From NCBI GenBank assembly GCA_035449045.1, contig DAOTKC010000003.1, positions 15,343-79,342 on the forward strand: a stretch of 64,000 nt of DNA, written 5' to 3'. The position numbers and the translations under genes are program-made. Below, one piece after another: positions 59,487-64,000 of this stretch (the stretch's first letter is position 1; each line of letters opens with the position of its first letter). The notes below the pieces were generated by a model, which was given only the letters and a program-made list of their open reading frames with translations, made no database searches and was not told where the DNA came from. This stretch comes from Eubacteriales bacterium. Its GTDB lineage: Bacteria; Bacillota; Clostridia; Christensenellales; CAG-917.

Positions 59487-59511
59487 CGGCGAAGTGGCTT
59501 CGCCGCTACGC
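59481..59511 (+). terminator. 14-bp perfect hairpin overlapping the spoIVB stop codon
   Basis: GCGTAGCGGCGAAG-tgg-CTTCGCCGCTACGC, followed by an AT-only tract rather than a clean T-run. Confidence 0.55.
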
Positions 59512-59513
59512 TG

Positions 59514-59600
59514 AATTAATAATTAATAATTAATAATTAATAATTAATAATTGTGGATTAGCGGCTTTGCCTAATTAATAATGAATAATGAATAATTGCG
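59514..59600 (-). repeat. copy B of the repeat family (inverted): (AATTAAT)x5, TTGTGGATT, GC clamp, then a second degenerate unit
   Basis: Plus strand reads AATTAAT x5, AATTGTGGATTAGCGGCTTTGCC, TAATTAATAATGAATAATGAATAATTGCGG. Its reverse complement matches copies A and C. Confidence 0.85.
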
Positions 59601-59652
59601 GTAATGTTGAAAGTGATTTTTGAAGAAAAACAAATAGGCGCGAGGCGGCGAT

Positions 59653-60453
59653 ATGGCGATTAAAAGCTCTATAAGCTTCGGGTTGGTTTATATTCCCGTC
59701 GAGCTTCAAAACACCATCAAAAACAACGATATCGGCTTCAACATGATTGACAAAAAGACGATGTCGCGCATTAAGTATAAAAAAACCTGCGTCGACTGCG
59801 AAGGCCGCGAGGTTAAGCAGGAGGATATCGTCAAAGGGTTTGAATACGAGCGCGGCAAATACGTGATTTTAGAGGAAGAAGAGCTGGAAAAAATCAAGAC
59901 GCAAAAGCAAAAGAGCATAGTCATCGAGCGTTTCGTCGATTTGGATGAGATTGACGCTCTCTATTTCGACAAGACTTACTATCTCGCGCCGACGGGAGCC
60001 GAAAAAGCGTTCACGCTGCTTTTAAAGGCGATGAACGACGAGAAGAAAGCGGGGATAGCCAAAACGGTGCTGGGCGCCAAGGAAACCTTGATAGTTATTA
60101 GGGCGCGCGGCGGCGAAATGCTTTTGAGCACTCTCTACTTTAAAGAAGAGGTGCGCCCCAACCCCGCCAAAAACATAGGCGGCGACGTCAGCGACAAGGA
60201 GCTTAGCGTAGCCAAAACCATAATCAAAACGATGGCGGGCAAGTTCGACCCCGAGGAATACCGCGACGAATACCGCGAAAAACTTGTCGCCGCCATCGAG
60301 AAAAAAATCAGCGGCAAAGAAATCGAGACGCCCAAGGAGCGGCCGCAATACCGCGTCGCCAACCGTATGGACGCCTTGGAGTCGACCTTGAAAGGGCTGG
60401 GCAAACCGACTCCCCCGCCCAAGAAAACCTCCCGCCCCCGCGCCACAAATTAA
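59653..60453 (+). CDS. ku: Ku protein (bacterial non-homologous end-joining DNA-end-binding protein)
   Basis: Typical bacterial Ku N-terminus (SISFGLVYIPVEL...) and core (YFDKTYYLAP...), with a basic C-terminal tail. Confidence 0.9.
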   Translation: MAIKSSISFGLVYIPVELQNTIKNNDIGFNMIDKKTMSRIKYKKTCVDCEGREVKQEDIVKGFEYERGKYVILEEEELEKIKTQKQKSIVIERFVDLDEIDALYFDKTYYLAPTGAEKAFTLLLKAMNDEKKAGIAKTVLGAKETLIVIRARGGEMLLSTLYFKEEVRPNPAKNIGGDVSDKELSVAKTIIKTMAGKFDPEEYRDEYREKLVAAIEKKISGKEIETPKERPQYRVANRMDALESTLKGLGKPTPPPKKTSRPRATN

Positions 60454-60478
60454 AACAGCCGCTCTCGCGGCTGTTTTC
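60452..60478 (+). terminator. intrinsic terminator of ku
   Basis: AAAACAGCCGC-tctc-GCGGCTGTTTTC. Confidence 0.8.
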
Positions 60479-60589
60479 AATCCACATTATTCGATTTAGT
60501 TTTTCGTTATTCGTTCGGCGCGCTAGCGCCGGTGTTCGGCGAAGCCGCCCAATCCACAATTATTCATTATTAATTATTCATTATTAATT
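60479..60589 (+). repeat. copy C of the repeat family (two units, forward orientation)
   Basis: Reads AATCCACATTATTCGATTTAGTTTTTCGTTATTCGTTCGGCGCGCTAGCGCCGGTGTTCGGCGAAGCCGCCCAATCCACAATTATTCATTATTAATTATTCATTATTAATT. Overlaps the hisS stop and its last 5 codons. Confidence 0.85.
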
Positions 60590-61845
60590 TTCCGTTTAAA
60601 GAAGTATTTCACCGCTTCGTCCAGCTTTATTTTCTCCACGCTTCCGTCGCCCAAAAACTTGACCTCGGCGGCGTTATTCTTAATTTCATCTTCGCCTATG
60701 ACGAGGACGGCAGCGGCGCCGTTTTTATCGGCGTATTTCATTTGCGCCTTTAAGCTTCTTGCCATGAGGTCGGTTGCGGCGGCGACGCCGTGCAGCCTCA
60801 GCTCATAGACAAGCCTCGCGGCGTAAGGGTATTGCTCCGCCCCGGCCGGCGCGACATAGACGTCTGCTCCGGTGTCGGAAAATCCTTTAAGGCGGCCGCA
60901 GTTTTCAAGCGTCAAAAGCAACCGCTCGATACCCAGCCCGAAGCCGACGGCCGCGGTGGGCTTTCCGCCCAGCGATTCGACAAGCCCGTTATAGCGGCCG
61001 CCGCCGCAGACGGTGCCCTGCGCGCCGATGTCGCTACTGACGAACTCGAAGACGGTATTCGTGTAATAATCGAGCCCGCGGACGATTCTCGGATTGACCT
61101 CGAAAGCGATGCTTAAATCTTTAAGCGCCGCCTTGACTCCCTCGAAGTGGGTTTTGCAGTCGCCGCATAAGTAGTCGGTGATTTTGGGCGCGTTTTCGCC
61201 GATTTTTTTGCAAGCGTCCTCCTTGCAGTCTAAAATTCTTAGCGGGTTTTTTAAGTATCTGTCGCGGCAAGTGGGGCAAAGCGCGGCAAGGCGCGGCTCG
61301 AAGTAGGCGACAAGGGCGCGGTTGTAGTCGGCGCGGCAATCCTTGCAGCCCATGCTGTTGATATAGAGCGTCAGCTTGTCAAGTCCCAAACGGTCGAACA
61401 GCGTCTTGGCAAGGCTTATTACCTCGGCGTCCGCCAATGGCTCAATGGAGCCGAACAGCTCGACGCCGAACTGGTGGTGCTGGCGAAGCCGTCCCGACTG
61501 CGGCCGCTCATAGCGGAAAATCGGCGAGATGTAAAACGCCTTAAAAGGTTGAGGCAGCGCAAAGAGCGAGTTTTCGATAAAGCTTCTGACGACGCCCGCC
61601 GTGCCCTCGGGCTTGAGCGTGATACTGCGCCCGCCCTTGTCCTCGAAGGTATACATTTCCTTGTTGACGATGTCGGTCGTCTCGCCCACGCCGCGCAAAA
61701 ACAGCTCGGTGTGCTCGAAGACGGGCGTTCTTATTTCCTTAAAACCGAAAAGCCGCGCCGTTTCTCTTGCTTGACTCTCGATATATTGCGTCTTATACGC
61801 CTCGCTCGGCAATAAATCCTTAGTCCCCTTGGGAATATTAATCAT
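60574..61845 (-). CDS. hisS: histidine--tRNA ligase
   Basis: Class II aaRS motifs (FRYERPQSGRLRQHHQ, GGGRYN) and an anticodon-binding domain. Confidence 0.96.
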   Translation of the reverse strand: MINIPKGTKDLLPSEAYKTQYIESQARETARLFGFKEIRTPVFEHTELFLRGVGETTDIVNKEMYTFEDKGGRSITLKPEGTAGVVRSFIENSLFALPQPFKAFYISPIFRYERPQSGRLRQHHQFGVELFGSIEPLADAEVISLAKTLFDRLGLDKLTLYINSMGCKDCRADYNRALVAYFEPRLAALCPTCRDRYLKNPLRILDCKEDACKKIGENAPKITDYLCGDCKTHFEGVKAALKDLSIAFEVNPRIVRGLDYYTNTVFEFVSSDIGAQGTVCGGGRYNGLVESLGGKPTAAVGFGLGIERLLLTLENCGRLKGFSDTGADVYVAPAGAEQYPYAARLVYELRLHGVAAATDLMARSLKAQMKYADKNGAAAVLVIGEDEIKNNAAEVKFLGDGSVEKIKLDEAVKYFFKRKINNE

Positions 61846-61967
61846 AACAAATCCTATATTTTTTATTATTTGACTCTGTCCGCTTTTTTGAGCCGCCCAA
61901 ACGCTTTGTTTTTGTGACTATCCAATCACACGACGTAAATGGCGAAAGCCCGCCCAAAGTTTATTCA

Positions 61968-63281
61968 TTACAAAATATATTTGTTCAAGTTCAACGTCTT
62001 CAGGCTCTTTTCGAGGTGTTTTTCAACGTAGGTGTCGTCGATGACGAATTCTCTTTCGCTCTCGCCCGAGGCCTCGAAGGAGATATCCTCAAGCAGTTGT
62101 TCCATGACGGCGTGAAGCCTTCTCGCGCCGAGGTTTTCGCTGTTTTCGTTTTCGAGCGCGGCGACTTTGGCGATTTTTGCTATCGCCTCGTCGGTGAACT
62201 TGAGTTCGACGCCGTCAATTTTCAGAAGCTCTTGGTATTGCATTAAAATGGCGTTGTCGGGTTGGGTGAGAATTTTAATGAAGTCCTCCTCGCTCAAACT
62301 GTCGAGCTCGACTCTTATCGGGAATCTGCCCTGAAGCTCGGGAATTAAGTCTTGTATGTTGGAGATGTGGAAGGCGCCCGCCGCGATAAAGAGGATAAAG
62401 TCCGTCCTTATCGGCCCGTGCTTGGTTTGAACGGTGCTGCCTTCGACAATGGGCAGAATATCGCGCTGAACGCCTTCTCTTGAAACGTCGGGGCCGTGCC
62501 CGCCCGAAGCGCCGGCGACTTTGTCAATCTCGTCGATGAACACCACGCCGTCCTGTTCGGCACGGCGGAGCGCCTCCTGAATGATTGTGTCGTTGTCGAT
62601 TAATTTGGCCGATTCCTCGGAGATTATAAAGTCCATCGCCTGCTTGACGGTGATTTTCTTTCTTTTCTTTCGGGGCGGACCGAACACCGAGCCTATCACC
62701 TGCCCGAAATCAATGCTATTGTCCATTTGGGGGTTGATGTTGAGGGGCTTGGGCTGCTCCTTTATTTCAAGCTCGACCTGAATGTTGTTGAGGTTGCCCG
62801 CCCTAAGCTCGCGGAGGATTTCCTCGCGAATCTCGGCGTCCGACATATCGACTGTCAGCGTCTTTTTGCGGACGGGCAAGAGCGTTTCGACTATTACTTT
62901 TTCGGCGGCCTCGGTGGCGCGCGGCTGAACCTCTTTGTATTTTTCCTCGCGCACCATTCTGATAGCGACCTCCGCCAAATCGCGGATTATCGACTCGACG
63001 TCGCGGCCGACGTAGCCCACTTCGGTGAATTTTGTCGCTTCGACCTTGATAAATGGCGCTCTGACGAGCCTCGCCAGCCTTCTCGCTATCTCGGTCTTGC
63101 CGACGCCGGTAGGCCCTTTCATGATGATGTTTTTGGGCGTGATTTCCTCGCGCAGCTCTTCGGGAAGCCGGCTCCTTCTGTAACGGTTTCTGAGCGCGAT
63201 CGCGACGGCCACTTTGGCTTTTTGCTGGCCGATGATATAGCGGTCAAGCTCCGACACTATATTTTTAGGTGACAGTTCCAT
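61968..63281 (-). CDS. hslU: ATP-dependent protease ATPase subunit HslU
   Basis: AAA+ Walker A GPTGVGKTEIARRLA, an I-domain, Walker B IVFIDEIDK, and sensor motifs. Confidence 0.96.
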   Translation of the reverse strand: MELSPKNIVSELDRYIIGQQKAKVAVAIALRNRYRRSRLPEELREEITPKNIIMKGPTGVGKTEIARRLARLVRAPFIKVEATKFTEVGYVGRDVESIIRDLAEVAIRMVREEKYKEVQPRATEAAEKVIVETLLPVRKKTLTVDMSDAEIREEILRELRAGNLNNIQVELEIKEQPKPLNINPQMDNSIDFGQVIGSVFGPPRKKRKKITVKQAMDFIISEESAKLIDNDTIIQEALRRAEQDGVVFIDEIDKVAGASGGHGPDVSREGVQRDILPIVEGSTVQTKHGPIRTDFILFIAAGAFHISNIQDLIPELQGRFPIRVELDSLSEEDFIKILTQPDNAILMQYQELLKIDGVELKFTDEAIAKIAKVAALENENSENLGARRLHAVMEQLLEDISFEASGESEREFVIDDTYVEKHLEKSLKTLNLNKYIL

Positions 63282-63291
63282 ATTGACTCCT

Positions 63292-63825
63292 TTATACCGT
63301 TTCGACGGTGATGTTGCTGTTGGTAAACACGCAGAGCTCGCTCGCTATTATGAGCGCTTTTTTAGCTATTTCCTCGGCGGGAAGCTCGGTGTTGGCGATA
63401 AGCGCGCGCGCCGCGGCAAGCGCGTAGTTGCCGCCGCTCCCAATGGCGCAGACGCCGCTTTCGGGCTCGATGACGTCGCCCGTGCCGCTCACGATAAACA
63501 GGTTGGTCTTATCGGCGATAATGAGCAGCGCGTCCAGCCGCCTTATGATTTTGTCGTTGCGCCAAAGCTCGGCAAGCTCGACGGCGCTTCGCATAAGATT
63601 GCCCGAATATTTTTGAAGCATTGATTCGAACTTTTCCGACAGCGCAAAGGCGTCGCTGACCGAGCCGGCAAAGCCGACCACCACTTTATCGTTATAAATC
63701 CTTTTAACCTTGACGGCGTTTCCCTTCAATATGACGTGTTCGCCCATGGTGACCTGGCCGTCGCCCGCCACCGCGGTGACGCCGTTCCGCTTAACGGCGC
63801 ATATAGTCGTTCCGTGAATCTCCAT
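63292..63825 (-). CDS. hslV: ATP-dependent protease subunit HslV
   Basis: Ntn-hydrolase N-terminus (..HGTTICAV) and GSGG motif. Immediately upstream of hslU. Confidence 0.95.
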   Translation of the reverse strand: MEIHGTTICAVKRNGVTAVAGDGQVTMGEHVILKGNAVKVKRIYNDKVVVGFAGSVSDAFALSEKFESMLQKYSGNLMRSAVELAELWRNDKIIRRLDALLIIADKTNLFIVSGTGDVIEPESGVCAIGSGGNYALAAARALIANTELPAEEIAKKALIIASELCVFTNSNITVETV

Positions 63826-63985
63826 ATTTTTCTCCTTTTCGGATTTCTTGGCTCATTGCATTCTTGCATTTTCCTCATTGATACTTTTAAATGAGATATA
63901 TTTTTCAAGTTTGTCAATGCCCAAAATCTAAGTCCGCTATTAATAATTATACAAGCCGCAAGTCCGTCATTATCACGCTTCGGGA

Positions 63986-63994
63986 TTATCCACA
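63986..63994 (+). promoter_or_regulatory. perfect DnaA-box 9-mer (TTATCCACA) upstream of hslV
   Basis: Exact match to the consensus DnaA box. It is a single site, so function is not implied. Confidence 0.3.
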
Positions 63995-64000
63995 CCGTTA

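Noticed and set aside
59514-60591. CRISPR array
   Set aside because: The repeats are 7-nt AT-only units in direct contact with each other, with no spacers. The larger units are inverted, not direct, and there are no cas genes.
61846-61967. T-box leader for hisS
   Set aside because: The spacer is too short and lacks the conserved T-box 14-mer and a terminator/antiterminator pair.
54926-64000. Chromosomal replication origin (DnaA-box-like motifs next to AT-rich tracts)
   Set aside because: There is no dnaA, dnaN or rpmH context. Only one perfect DnaA box is present. Gene orientation does not switch here, since the minus-strand bias continues on both sides. I keep it only as a DnaA-box-cluster or operator hypothesis.

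Overview
A roughly 55% GC chromosomal segment that looks like a spore-forming Firmicute (Clostridia-like), judged from spoIVB, addAB, nfnAB, ppdK and the dgt-dnaG-sigA block. I call 57 CDS, 46 of them on the minus strand. I saw no rRNA, tRNA, CRISPR array, integrase or transposase. Most of the window is conserved housekeeping synteny: ppdK-dgt-dnaG-sigA-trmK-nif3-Zn-ribbon; addB-addA; GH-D galactosidase-ylmE-sepF-lspA-rluD; obg; nfnAB; nth; ylxM-ffh-rpsP-KH-rimM-trmD-rbgA-rnhB-yraN; dinB; galU; apbE-NusG_II-Gx transporter; degV; yitT; nadK-argR-recN; spoIVB; hisS; hslVU. Accessory or unexplained content: (1) two paralogous membrane proteins of unknown function, one with a canonical EF-hand loop, behind a 450-bp AT-rich region next to a GH2 beta-galactosidase; (2) two 49-codon genes missed by the ORF track, a CxxC/CxxC zinc ribbon and an N/K/T-rich basic repeat protein; (3) a short terminator-containing leader upstream of corA; (4) a lipoprotein-CBM-GT-C fusion; (5) a solitary Mrr-type endonuclease; (6) a solitary ku gene. 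The most unusual signal is a repeat family built from an AT-only heptamer tract (AATTAAT/ATTAATT), a conserved AATCCACAATTATTCATTATT core and a GC-rich clamp. It occurs three times within 5.7 kb. It brackets ku as an inverted pair, sits at the recN/mrr junction, and supplies the last codons and stop codons of recN and hisS. Caveats: the ORF track uses alternative start codons, so several N-termini were trimmed to the first start with a Shine-Dalgarno sequence. Coordinates of non-ORF features were counted by hand and may be off by 1-2 nt. All family assignments come from motif recognition by eye, not from database searches.
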